53,465 bases of DNA from the NCBI GenBank assembly GCA_044344575.1, contig JBIJCS010000001.1, positions 1 through 53,465 on the forward strand. The letters are read 5' to 3'. Position numbers and translations under genes: made by a program. Numbering within the stretch: the first letter of the stretch is position 1; the number at the start of each line of letters is the position of its first letter. A model generated the notes under the pieces. That model ran no database searches. It was given only the letters and a program-made list of their open reading frames with translations, and was not told the DNA's origin. Below are positions 10,942-19,572 of the stretch, in pieces. This DNA comes from Pirellula sp. GTDB lineage: Bacteria; Planctomycetota; Planctomycetia; Pirellulales; Pirellulaceae.

Positions 10942-11607
10942 TTGAAGAATTTGGGGGCTGCTATGCAGGAATCTGCGGAACATGGAGCGGAGGGGGATGA
11001 TCGAGAGTTGTTCGAGGAGCGGGAAGCATCGGAAGGCGGAGGTAATTCGCTCGACAATTATGTGACAGAAAACACTCGGAGTTTTCGGCGTCGTGTTGAA
11101 CGACGTACGCTCTTGATCGTTACGTTGTTGCTCAGCACAATGATCATGATTCGATTACTGCTAATGGGAGTCATCTTGATTACGGGCGTCAGTGCTTCGA
11201 TGAGTAGTTGGTTGCCCGTGGAGTGTAGGTTACAGAATTTGGGTGCAACAATTTGTTTGGTCTTTGGCACTTACAATCTCATTGCATTAACAGGCTGGCT
11301 GATGCAAGATGCTTGGGGGTGGTGGATGTCGGTGATTGGGATTCCTTGGGTGGCATTCCAATGGATCGCGAGTGGATTGGTAATGATCAAATTCTCTGAG
11401 TATGCTCTGCCTGGTCAGTTCGTGCTTGGAATCGGAATACTGCTTGTGGTTCCGCTGAGTTTTTTAGTTTGGATGATGATGGGTAGGAAGACACAGAACC
11501 GCTTTGGGGTCATGGCGGGCCAGCGACTTCCCTTGATTGTTGCAAACACGGTGGGTGCTGTGCTTTCAGGGGCGTTTGCCGTCTTCTTGATGCAGCAAAT
11601 GCGTTAG
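10942..11607 (+). CDS. Hypothetical membrane protein (about 5 TM)
   Basis: 221-aa ORF (TTG start; ATG alternative at 10963) filling the gap; acidic N-terminus followed by several hydrophobic helices. Confidence 0.6.
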   Translation: MKNLGAAMQESAEHGAEGDDRELFEEREASEGGGNSLDNYVTENTRSFRRRVERRTLLIVTLLLSTMIMIRLLLMGVILITGVSASMSSWLPVECRLQNLGATICLVFGTYNLIALTGWLMQDAWGWWMSVIGIPWVAFQWIASGLVMIKFSEYALPGQFVLGIGILLVVPLSFLVWMMMGRKTQNRFGVMAGQRLPLIVANTVGAVLSGAFAVFLMQQMR

Positions 11608-12536
11608 ATCCAGAGTTTAAGCCGGCCATCGAGTCGATCGGGGAGGGCCCGATCGACCCATCTTTGGATTTGTTTGGCGTTGTAGCGGACAGAGAAATGT
11701 CCGCAGATAATCAGATCGTTTTTGAATTGGTCTTTGCGTTCCACAAAATCATCGAGGTGCATATGGCCATCTTTATGGATTCGATCTTTTCGATGGTCGG
11801 GAGCTAGGAAAGTCATTTCCGTGATCAAGACTTTTGCGCGGAGCATATCGGGGTTACGGTCGAGTCCTTCGGGGGCTGTATCACCTGTGTAAGCAACAAG
11901 AGGGATTCTGGTTTCAAACGTCACTTCGGCACCCTTGAGCTTGATGTCTCTGATTTGCTCACCTGAGAAATCTTGGTATTCGGGTTTGAGTTTCTTGCGG
12001 CGTTCCCAAACAATAAAACCGAGGGCTGGAATGGAATGTTTCATCGCGTGTGTGGAAACGATGAGTTCTCTCGAAAGTTCAATCTCTTGGTTCTCTCGAA
12101 TGGGGACTAAATCGCAAGGCATGCGTCCGCGATCTAATCTGGAAACGACTTTGAGCATTTGGTCAACGGTAGCTTTTGCATAGTCGGGCAAATAGATCGT
12201 TGGCGGTTCCATCTTCATCATTCGTCGTCGGGCGACGTAAGAAGGTATTGCGGCGATGTGATCGAGGTGTGGGTGCGAGATGAAGTAGCGAGGAAGAGCC
12301 ATGAAGTCCCAGGGTTGCGCACCGAGATCAAATCCGATTTTCAGTTCAGCGATTCGCCAGTAGCTTTGCACGGCGGCCCGAGAATAGCCATCGATCGTTA
12401 ACCCTTGATGGTGTAGGCCGAGTGTTGGAGCATTATCTACGGATCCGATCGCATCGGATGCTTCTTGGGAACTTAATTCTCCGGTAGCCGAAGGATCGTT
12501 TGGGGGTTCGGTATGTGGGGATTGGTTTTTCTTCAT
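11604..12536 (-). CDS. Metallo-beta-lactamase-fold hydrolase, short RNase Z-like
   Basis: SHPHLDH (HxHxDH), KHSIP, YTGDT, TEMTF, GHMH, GHFS motifs; RKKLKPEY arm. Start overlaps the upstream PNP stop by 4 nt. Confidence 0.8.
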   Translation of the reverse strand: MKKNQSPHTEPPNDPSATGELSSQEASDAIGSVDNAPTLGLHHQGLTIDGYSRAAVQSYWRIAELKIGFDLGAQPWDFMALPRYFISHPHLDHIAAIPSYVARRRMMKMEPPTIYLPDYAKATVDQMLKVVSRLDRGRMPCDLVPIRENQEIELSRELIVSTHAMKHSIPALGFIVWERRKKLKPEYQDFSGEQIRDIKLKGAEVTFETRIPLVAYTGDTAPEGLDRNPDMLRAKVLITEMTFLAPDHRKDRIHKDGHMHLDDFVERKDQFKNDLIICGHFSVRYNAKQIQRWVDRALPDRLDGRLKLWI

Positions 12537-13420
12537 GATGCCGAACTTGGTGGAAAGTATTCCGAGAGAAGAGATTCAATCAGTGGTACTAGCTGTCCTT
12601 TAGCTTGGGATGACCAGTTCAGTACGTCTGCATGATCGGTTACTGTAGCGTTGTCGCTATTGGCGACGTTTGTGACGATTGAGAAAGCGAGTACGGGAAT
12701 CTTGCGATCGAAAGCCAGTTTAGCTTCTGGGACGGTACTCATGCCGACCATGTCAGCGCCCAGGTTTCGAAACATTCGGTATTCGGATCGGGTTTCGTAA
12801 TTCGGTCCGAGGGTAGCCCAGTAGGTTCCTGTAGTGAGTGCAAACCCAAGTTTTATTGCCGTTTGTTGGGCTCGCTCGATCCATGTACGGTCGTAGAGGG
12901 TTACGTTGCGGGACAGGAGACCATCATTGGGCTTGGATTGAAAAAGTGGGGGTTGTGGACGGAACATTCCATCGATGTGTGAGTCCATTAACACAACTTG
13001 GCCGGATCGAAACCTAGGGTTGATACCGCCGGATGCGTTTGAAAGAATCAATAGATCGATATTAAGGTCGATCAATGTTTGGACTGGTACGAGGGCTTGT
13101 TCCATGCGCCAGCCTTCGTACAGATGGCAGCGTCCTTGCAGAGCAGCTACGGGGGTGCCAGCAAGATCGCCCAAGATTAGCTTACCGGCGTGACCACTGA
13201 CGTGTGTGGTTGGGAATCCTGGTATTTCGTGGAAATCAAAGATAGCGATAGGTACGATTTGATGAGCGAGATCACCTAGACCACTGCCTAGTACGATGCC
13301 AACGCGGGGTTGGAACCCGGATAAGTGAGCGCGAAGGAACTCGATGGATTTCAAATCCAAAGTGGAGTGATCGGACCGCGCTGAGCTTATACCGGATGCG
13401 GCTGAAGGTTGACTTGACAC
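12533..13420 (-). CDS. Purine nucleoside phosphorylase (trimeric PNP type, Asn form)
   Basis: LGSGLG, GHAG, QGRCHLYEG, SNASGG, GPNYET, VGMSTVPE, VTN motifs. Confidence 0.9.
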   Translation of the reverse strand: MSSQPSAASGISSARSDHSTLDLKSIEFLRAHLSGFQPRVGIVLGSGLGDLAHQIVPIAIFDFHEIPGFPTTHVSGHAGKLILGDLAGTPVAALQGRCHLYEGWRMEQALVPVQTLIDLNIDLLILSNASGGINPRFRSGQVVLMDSHIDGMFRPQPPLFQSKPNDGLLSRNVTLYDRTWIERAQQTAIKLGFALTTGTYWATLGPNYETRSEYRMFRNLGADMVGMSTVPEAKLAFDRKIPVLAFSIVTNVANSDNATVTDHADVLNWSSQAKGQLVPLIESLLSEYFPPSSAS

Positions 13421-13481
13421 CGTATTGAGTGAAAACCAATTGGAAGAAGACTTGAATCGTATTCGAGTGGGCGATCGACGG

Positions 13482-14318
13482 TTACTTTCGGCTGTTTACG
13501 TCGGCTTCTAGAACACCGGTAACGAGAGTCGCAAGCCTTGGAGCGGCTTGGTTTGCAATAGCGATGATTTTCTGTACATCCGCTGGTTCGAGTGCATCTG
13601 GCAGGCACATATCGGTGATGACGGAGAAGCCCACGGTTCGCATGCCGCAGTGCACTGCTACGATGACTTCTGGAACGGTTGACATTCCGACCACATCAGC
13701 ACCGATTAAGCGTAGGAATCGGTATTCGGCGCGCGTTTCGAGGTTGGGACCACTGACGGCGACAAAGACGCCTTGATGTGCTCGAATGTCGTTTTTGCGA
13801 GCGACCCGAAGTCCTTCTTCGATCAATGCGTGATCGTACGGGGCGCTCATATCTGGAAATCTAGGTCCGAGTCGATCATCGTTAATGCCGATCAACGGGT
13901 TGTCTCCCATTAGGTTGATGTGATCTTCGATGAACAGAATATCACCGGCGCGGTGATTAGGGTTCATGCCACCGCAGGCGTTTGAAACCAGCAAAAGGGA
14001 AGCTCCTAATGCGTTCATCACACGCACGGGGAGGGTAATTTGCTTGAGTGGATAACCTTCGTACATGTGGAATCGACCTTCCATGGCTACGACGGGAACT
14101 CCGCAGAGTTCGCCGCAGACGAGACGACCGCGATGGGAGGTTGCCGTGGATTTCAGGAAGTGTGGGATTTCCGCGTAGTCGAAAGTTTCTTGGACATTGA
14201 TTTTTTCGACCAAAGGTCCCAAGCCGGTTCCGAGGATGATTCCTGCGTGGGGCTTGCGATCCCAACGCTTGCGAATCGCATCGCAAGCTTCCTGAATTTT
14301 GTCGTAGAGATCCAACAT
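13482..14318 (-). CDS. Purine nucleoside phosphorylase (trimeric PNP type, Asp form)
   Basis: LGTGLG, EGRFHMYEG, SNACGG, DHINL, RFPDMS, GPNLET, VGMSTVPE, ITD motifs. Confidence 0.92.
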   Translation of the reverse strand: MLDLYDKIQEACDAIRKRWDRKPHAGIILGTGLGPLVEKINVQETFDYAEIPHFLKSTATSHRGRLVCGELCGVPVVAMEGRFHMYEGYPLKQITLPVRVMNALGASLLLVSNACGGMNPNHRAGDILFIEDHINLMGDNPLIGINDDRLGPRFPDMSAPYDHALIEEGLRVARKNDIRAHQGVFVAVSGPNLETRAEYRFLRLIGADVVGMSTVPEVIVAVHCGMRTVGFSVITDMCLPDALEPADVQKIIAIANQAAPRLATLVTGVLEADVNSRK

Positions 14319-14381
14319 TAGTTATCAACCGGAAAGGGAAAAGGAATACGTTTGGGATAAGGGGGTGGTGATTTCCAAGGA

Positions 14382-16166
14382 TTACTTGAGAATCATGTCG
14401 TCCACCGTCTTTCCGGAAGGAATCATGGGCAAGACGTGTTCTTGGTATGGCACTTCGACATCCAGAACAAACGGCCCTGGGTAGTCGATCATCTCTTGGA
14501 GTGCTGCTTGTAAATCGCATTTGCGTCGGACTGTTGCGGCTCCACATCCGTAGCCTTTGGCGATTTGCACAAAGTCCGGATAGCGCTCTGCGGCGTAGGA
14601 GTGGGCGACGGTGGACCCAGGCCCGCGAGCTTCTTCGTGGTCGATAGGACCGAGGTACGTATGAGCGCGGTTAGAGCCCATAAATCGGTCTTCCCATTGA
14701 ACCACCATTCCCAAGTGTTGGTTATTCAGTAGCAGGACCTTTACTGGGAGTTTTTCGCAATGCAGGGTTGCAAGTTCTTGGATATTCATTTGAAAGGAAC
14801 CGTCGCCATCGATATCGATGACGAGAGCATTGGGATGTGCGGCTTGCACACCCATCGCAGCGGGAAGACCGAAACCCATGGTTCCTAGGCCACTACTGCT
14901 GAGCCAAGTTCTTGGGCGGCGGAATTGGAAGAACTGTGCGGCCCACATTTGGTGTTGACCGACACCTACGGTCACGTAGGTTTCCCTCTGCTTTGTCATG
15001 TTTGATAGGGTTCGGATGGCATGCTGTTGCAAAATGCCGTCGAAGTTCTCGTCGTATTGGAACGGGGTTTTGGCTTTCCAATCACGGCATTGTTGAAGCC
15101 ATTGCGAGATATCTTCGGGAGCTTCGACGATCTTGTTCAGTTCGTCCAAGGCGTAACGAATTTCGCTACGAACGGCGATGTGTGCTACTTTGTTTTTGTT
15201 GAGTTCCGAGGCATCGATATCCACGTGAACGATTTTGGCATGTTTTGCAAAAGAGGCGAGATGTCCGGTTACACGATCATCGAACCGCACACCGAAAGCC
15301 AATAGAAGATCGCAATCACGCACGGCGTAGTTTGCGTATGCGGCCCCGTGCATTCCGAGCATGTCCATCGACAATGGGTCTTCGGCGGAAAGGATTCCCA
15401 AGCCCATGACGGTCATGGTTACCGGGATGCCGGTCTTGTGTACCAAGGTACGGATTGCCTCGGAGGCCTCACCCGTTACAACACCGCCGCCGCAATAAAT
15501 CATAGGGCGTTTGCTGTGGCGAATCGCTGCCGCGATTTGACGAATCTGTTCCGGGGCAGCATTTGGATGTTTCGTGGGTTTGTATCCGGGCAAGTTCATC
15601 GAAACTTCATCTGGTACTTCACACGAGTCCATCTGCACGTCTTTGGGCATATCGACGAGAACGGGACCAGGGCGCCCCGTGGTTGCAATATGAAACGCCT
15701 CTTTCATCACTCGCGCAACATCTTCAACACGCGTAACCAAGTAATGATGTTTTGTAATTCCGCGGCAGATCTCAACGATCGGCGTTTCCTGGAATGCATC
15801 GGTACCGATCACGGCGGTAGGAACTTGGCCGGTGATTGCAATTAGGGGGATACTGTCGAGTTTCGCATCAGCGATGGCGGTAACCAAGTTCGTAGCACCA
15901 GGACCGCTGGTTGCCATGACAACTCCGACTTTCCCCGTCGATCGCGCGATACCTTGAGCGGCGAAAGCACCACCTTGTTCGTGTCTCGGTAGGATGGTAC
16001 GCAGTTTGTCGGAATACTTGGTCAGCGATTGATGCATAGGCATCGAGCACCCGCCGGGATAGGCGAAGATCACCTCTACCCCGTGATCCACCAAGGACTT
16101 AACCACAATATCGGCACCGGTCATCACTTGGGATTTCCGAGTCGTAGCGGTAGAGGTCGTTGGCAT
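14382..16166 (-). CDS. ilvB: Acetolactate synthase large (catalytic) subunit
   Basis: [46 protein letters not shown], ThDP motif DGDGSFQMN; ATG at 16166 has SD AAGGAG upstream. Confidence 0.96.
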   Translation of the reverse strand: MPTTSTATTRKSQVMTGADIVVKSLVDHGVEVIFAYPGGCSMPMHQSLTKYSDKLRTILPRHEQGGAFAAQGIARSTGKVGVVMATSGPGATNLVTAIADAKLDSIPLIAITGQVPTAVIGTDAFQETPIVEICRGITKHHYLVTRVEDVARVMKEAFHIATTGRPGPVLVDMPKDVQMDSCEVPDEVSMNLPGYKPTKHPNAAPEQIRQIAAAIRHSKRPMIYCGGGVVTGEASEAIRTLVHKTGIPVTMTVMGLGILSAEDPLSMDMLGMHGAAYANYAVRDCDLLLAFGVRFDDRVTGHLASFAKHAKIVHVDIDASELNKNKVAHIAVRSEIRYALDELNKIVEAPEDISQWLQQCRDWKAKTPFQYDENFDGILQQHAIRTLSNMTKQRETYVTVGVGQHQMWAAQFFQFRRPRTWLSSSGLGTMGFGLPAAMGVQAAHPNALVIDIDGDGSFQMNIQELATLHCEKLPVKVLLLNNQHLGMVVQWEDRFMGSNRAHTYLGPIDHEEARGPGSTVAHSYAAERYPDFVQIAKGYGCGAATVRRKCDLQAALQEMIDYPGPFVLDVEVPYQEHVLPMIPSGKTVDDMILK

Positions 16167-16217
16167 AGATAGGCTCCTTGTGGGGATCGGGGAATCGCAA
16201 AAAAGTTTAAGTCGATA

Positions 16218-16226
16218 AATATACCA
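16218..16226 (-). promoter_or_regulatory. Putative extended -10 element (TGGTATATT) for ilvB
   Basis: Matches TGnTAnnnT about 52 nt upstream of the ilvB ATG; -35 is weak. Confidence 0.45.
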
Positions 16227-16257
16227 CGTGTTTGCAAAACCGTCGAACGCTGCTAGA

Positions 16258-16305
16258 TGCGACATTGTGACATGGAGTGCGACAGTTCGACGTGGTCGTG
16301 TCGCA
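16258..16305. promoter_or_regulatory. Putative enhancer (UAS) for an NtrC-family activator: tandem imperfect palindromes
   Basis: TGCGACATTGTGACA (16258-16272) and TGCGACAGTTCGACG (16278-16292) repeat with a 20-bp period, plus inverted half-site TGTCGCA (16299-16305); 130-175 bp upstream of a sigma54 motif. Confidence 0.6.
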
Positions 16306-16433
16306 GTTGAGGTTGTACCACGAGGCGGGGGCAGAGACGTTTTTAGATTCGATTCGGGCGAAAGACTCAGGATTCTCTCGATTCGCTGGCAAAACAAGCT
16401 TTCGAAGTACCTTTTTTTGATTGAACGAGGTTC

Positions 16434-16449
16434 TGGTACGCTGATTGCA
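16434..16449 (+). promoter_or_regulatory. sigma54 (-24/-12) promoter
   Basis: TGGTACG-CTGA-TTGCA, one mismatch from consensus TGGCACG-N4-TTGCA with exact GG-N10-GC spacing; predicts TSS near 16460. Confidence 0.75.
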
Positions 16450-16459
16450 CCCACGGGTT

Positions 16460-16572
16460 GTCCGTAGAGCGGCAGTCTGATGTACCGCGATCCTTGCTCC
16501 GGGCGTTAAAACCACCCAACCGGTTTTAATGGCGAGAATCGAACAAGTGTACCGGGCTGTCGCTCTTTTTTT
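16460..16572 (+). ncRNA. Candidate sigma54-dependent small RNA (~110 nt rod-like hairpin ending in U-tract)
   Basis: Hand-folded helices 16466-79/16553-66 (14 bp), 16481-85/16547-51, 16488-98/16531-41, 16505-13/16522-30, loop ACCCAACC, then T7 (16566-72). Several G-U pairs favour the + strand; starts just after the sigma54 promoter. Confidence 0.65.
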
Positions 16573-16684
16573 GTTTGTTCGGTCCGACATGCCGTTGATC
16601 GCTAGCGTGATGGACGCTGGAGAGATTCGATACCGGGATCCGATTGATGCAACTTAACGATGTAGTCGGTTGGGGTTTAGCATC

Positions 16685-18049
16685 CTACTCGTCGCTTTCC
16701 TCATCATTGGGTTGAGTAACTCCCCAGGCTTTTAGTTTGCGTTGCAGGGTTCTGACGGAAATACCAAGAGTGTGAGCGGCGTGAGTACGGTTTCCGAAAG
16801 ACTTTTTCAGTGCGCTGAGGATTGCATCTTTTTCGAGTTGCTGGAGGTTCAGAGGGATTCGGCGAGAGCTTGAGGTTTCGGTTTGGGGATTTCCGCTGAG
16901 ATACTTCGGTAAATCGCGTAGAGTCAGGATTCGTTCTTCTCCCATGACCACCATGTTTTCGATGGCATTACGCAATTGCCTTACATTTCCAGGCCAGTCG
17001 TATTGTCCGAGGTAATCCAGGAGTTCTGGGGCAACTTCGGGAATGGGTCTTAGGTGTCGCCGAGCGCAGTCTTCAAGGAAATGTTCAACGAGGATTGGGA
17101 TATCTTCGGGGCGTTCCCGCAGAGGTGGAAGTTCGATGCTCAGGACGTTGAGTCTGTGGTAAAGGTCGATCCGAAAGTGGTCTCGTTGGATCATTTCAGA
17201 GATATTTCTACTAGTTGCGGCGATGAGTCGAATGTCGACGGATGTTTCGATATTGGTTCCCACGGGAGCGAACGCATAGCTTTCTAAAACGCGCAAGAGT
17301 TTTGGTTGTAGGGTTAGCGGGAGGTCCCCGATTTCGTCCATGAAAAGAGTGCCACGATTCGCAGCGCGGAATCGACCATCGCGGTTTTCCTGGGCACCGG
17401 TAAATGCTCCGCGCACGTAGCCGAATAGCTCGGATTCGATGAGAGCGTCGGGGAGCGCTGAGACGTTGACTGCGACGAAGGAAGCGTTCTTTCGTCGACT
17501 GTTTTCGTGAATTGCGGAGGCTACAAGTTCCTTGCCGGTACCGGATTCACCGGTAATCAGTACCGTCGCATCTGAGGATGCTACGCGGAGGATCTGTTTA
17601 AAGATGTCTCGCATTTGATCGGATTGGCCGATCATCTTCCCGATCCCACCGATATCGATGGCGGTCTGATCGTTTCCTCTTAATCGCATGGGAAGGTAGC
17701 GATTGAGCAGGACCAGTAGTTCCTCTGGTTTGAGGGGTTTCGTCAGATAGTCTGAAGCCCCGAGTTTCATGGCTTCGACGGCTGAGTGAATATCGCCGTA
17801 GGCAGTAACCATCAGTACAGGAACTGTTGGTTTTTCAATTCTCCATTGTCTGAGGACATCCAAGCCATTTTCTTGTCCGAGTCGAAGATCGCAGACCACT
17901 AAATCCACGGCTGATTCGAAAGCTTGGATCGCCTCCCTTTGATTGCTTGCACCTACGGCGCGATAGCCTTCGGATCGCAGCAGTCGCACCATTGCATCGC
18001 GCTCTCGGACTTGGTCTTCAACGACGAGAATAGACAGGCCCGTATTCAT
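16685..18049 (-). CDS. Sigma54-dependent response regulator (NtrC/AtoC family; REC-AAA+-Fis HTH)
   Basis: REC (VVED, CDLRL, VTAYG, KP), Walker A GESGTGKE, ESELFG, GAFTGA, LFMDEIG, WPGNVRQL, HTH AAHTLGISVRTLQRKL. Confidence 0.95.
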   Translation of the reverse strand: MNTGLSILVVEDQVRERDAMVRLLRSEGYRAVGASNQREAIQAFESAVDLVVCDLRLGQENGLDVLRQWRIEKPTVPVLMVTAYGDIHSAVEAMKLGASDYLTKPLKPEELLVLLNRYLPMRLRGNDQTAIDIGGIGKMIGQSDQMRDIFKQILRVASSDATVLITGESGTGKELVASAIHENSRRKNASFVAVNVSALPDALIESELFGYVRGAFTGAQENRDGRFRAANRGTLFMDEIGDLPLTLQPKLLRVLESYAFAPVGTNIETSVDIRLIAATSRNISEMIQRDHFRIDLYHRLNVLSIELPPLRERPEDIPILVEHFLEDCARRHLRPIPEVAPELLDYLGQYDWPGNVRQLRNAIENMVVMGEERILTLRDLPKYLSGNPQTETSSSRRIPLNLQQLEKDAILSALKKSFGNRTHAAHTLGISVRTLQRKLKAWGVTQPNDEESDE

Positions 18050-19511
18050 TTTGCTGCGTGTTTATTGGATCGGGAATAGGGAAATGAGACACTTGCGGTT
18101 GCGTGGAGGGATCATCGTCCCCGGAATTACTGTCGACATGCCCTTTAAGGTGCATTTCGAAACGTAATCCGCCGAGGTCGGGGCTTCTAGTACAGGAAAT
18201 AGCTCCTCCGTTTGCCTCTAGGAGGTTTCTCACTACTGCAAGTCCTAGGCCAACGCCGTCTCGTCTTGAACTATAAAACGGTTCGAATATTTTTTCGAAC
18301 ATGTTGTCGGCGATTCCTGGACCGTCATCTTCGAACGTTATTGCTATGCCGTTTTGATGGTTTTGTACAGAAATGCGGATGCGTCCACCCTCGGGCAAAG
18401 CGTCGCGGGAGTTTTGGAGCAAGTTGAGCAGGATTTGTCGAAAATGCTTGGACGAAATCATAGCTTGCGCATGGGGGGCTTGCGTTGCAATTGAAACCCC
18501 AATGTGATGATGCTCATGGATTCGTTTCATGAAATTCATAACTGCGGTCAGTTCTCGATCGATGTCGATCCAAGCCTCTTGTTGGTTTTCGATTCTGGCA
18601 AAACCGAGTAATTGTCCAATCAAGTCGTTCACGCGTTCCAATTCACTGACCGATTCTCGGATCATCATCGAGGCTTCATCGATCGGGACATTGGATTCCC
18701 CGCGTATCAGTTTTTCGGATGTGAACAGATTCAATCGAACGGCGTTAAGGGGGTTTCTCAGTTCGTGAGCGATTCCAACGATAAGCCGGCTTAAATCCGC
18801 AAGCCGACGGGTTTCCGCGGTCCGCAGAGCTTCTTCGAGTGCTTTGGCATGTTTTCCTAAGCGGAAAAGAGATACCGAGGTGACGCTGACGATCGCGACC
18901 ATCGATAGAAGAATCGTAACCCACACGACCCAACGGGAGCGTTGAGCTTCGACCACAAGGTTGTCCAGCCAAGTCAATGGAATCGCTGTTGAGTAGGTCG
19001 CAAGTACTTGATCCCGGTTTCCGATGGGTACTTGGACCTCAATGACATCAACCCATTTGCCGTTTTGCTTTACGGAAATTTCCTGAACATTGCTGGGGAA
19101 TCCCTCAAGCGGTTTCGCGGTCCAGTGATTGACTTTTAGGTTGTCGAAGACTCCGGCAACGGCGAGGGCTTCGCCCGAGCGGGTTGCAATTTTTGCGTAT
19201 GCCCGATCTGGTTTTTTGATAATCACTCGATTCCAGTGGTCGCGTAGCCAGGGTTGTACGTTTGGTTCGGTGAAGTTTAAAAGTGTTTTTCCGTCCTTGA
19301 GATCCGATTCGATCCGCACAATAGTTCTCTCAATGTGCGATTGAAGCTTAGCAACTTCAGCGGAATAGATCAGTTTCCGGCGGTTGGAAAGATCGTTGGC
19401 CAGCCCTACACAGCAAATGACCGTCACGAGCAGCACTGCCGCGGCAATAAATATTAGCGGAGCCCATCGTCGATTCGGGAACCCTTTTTCATTGATTTTC
19501 GAATTCTCCAT
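18018..19511 (-). CDS. Membrane sensor histidine kinase
   Basis: Two TM segments flanking an extracytoplasmic domain; H-box IAHELRNPL, N-box NLLQNS, DDGPG, FEPFY, GLGL. Overlaps the response regulator start. Confidence 0.93.
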   Translation of the reverse strand: MENSKINEKGFPNRRWAPLIFIAAAVLLVTVICCVGLANDLSNRRKLIYSAEVAKLQSHIERTIVRIESDLKDGKTLLNFTEPNVQPWLRDHWNRVIIKKPDRAYAKIATRSGEALAVAGVFDNLKVNHWTAKPLEGFPSNVQEISVKQNGKWVDVIEVQVPIGNRDQVLATYSTAIPLTWLDNLVVEAQRSRWVVWVTILLSMVAIVSVTSVSLFRLGKHAKALEEALRTAETRRLADLSRLIVGIAHELRNPLNAVRLNLFTSEKLIRGESNVPIDEASMMIRESVSELERVNDLIGQLLGFARIENQQEAWIDIDRELTAVMNFMKRIHEHHHIGVSIATQAPHAQAMISSKHFRQILLNLLQNSRDALPEGGRIRISVQNHQNGIAITFEDDGPGIADNMFEKIFEPFYSSRRDGVGLGLAVVRNLLEANGGAISCTRSPDLGGLRFEMHLKGHVDSNSGDDDPSTQPQVSHFPIPDPINTQQNEYGPVYSRR

Positions 19512-19549
19512 CGCTTTTGTCTCCCGAATCAAGGCTTTCTCGAACCCGC

Positions 19550-19564
19550 ATTATGACTCATAAT
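19550..19564. promoter_or_regulatory. Palindrome ATTATGA-C-TCATAAT: back-to-back -10-like CATAAT elements or an operator
   Basis: Perfect 7-bp inverted repeat in the 61-bp divergent gap between the kinase gene and the 1018-aa gene. Confidence 0.5.
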
Positions 19565-19572
19565 ATCCCCTC

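Noticed and set aside
16167-16454. 96-aa N-terminal extension of IlvB in the ORF track
   Set aside because: ATG 16166 has a good SD and matches normal IlvB length; the extension runs through regulatory motifs.
16460-16572. Hairpin RNA as SRP RNA, tRNA or 6S RNA
   Set aside because: No SRP domain IV GGAA loop motif, no cloverleaf, and too short and lacking a large central bubble for 6S.
16207-16590. 127-aa minus-strand ORF as an ilvB attenuator leader peptide
   Set aside because: Too long, no run of Ile/Leu/Val control codons, no SD, and the hairpin plus U-tract is oriented on the opposite strand.
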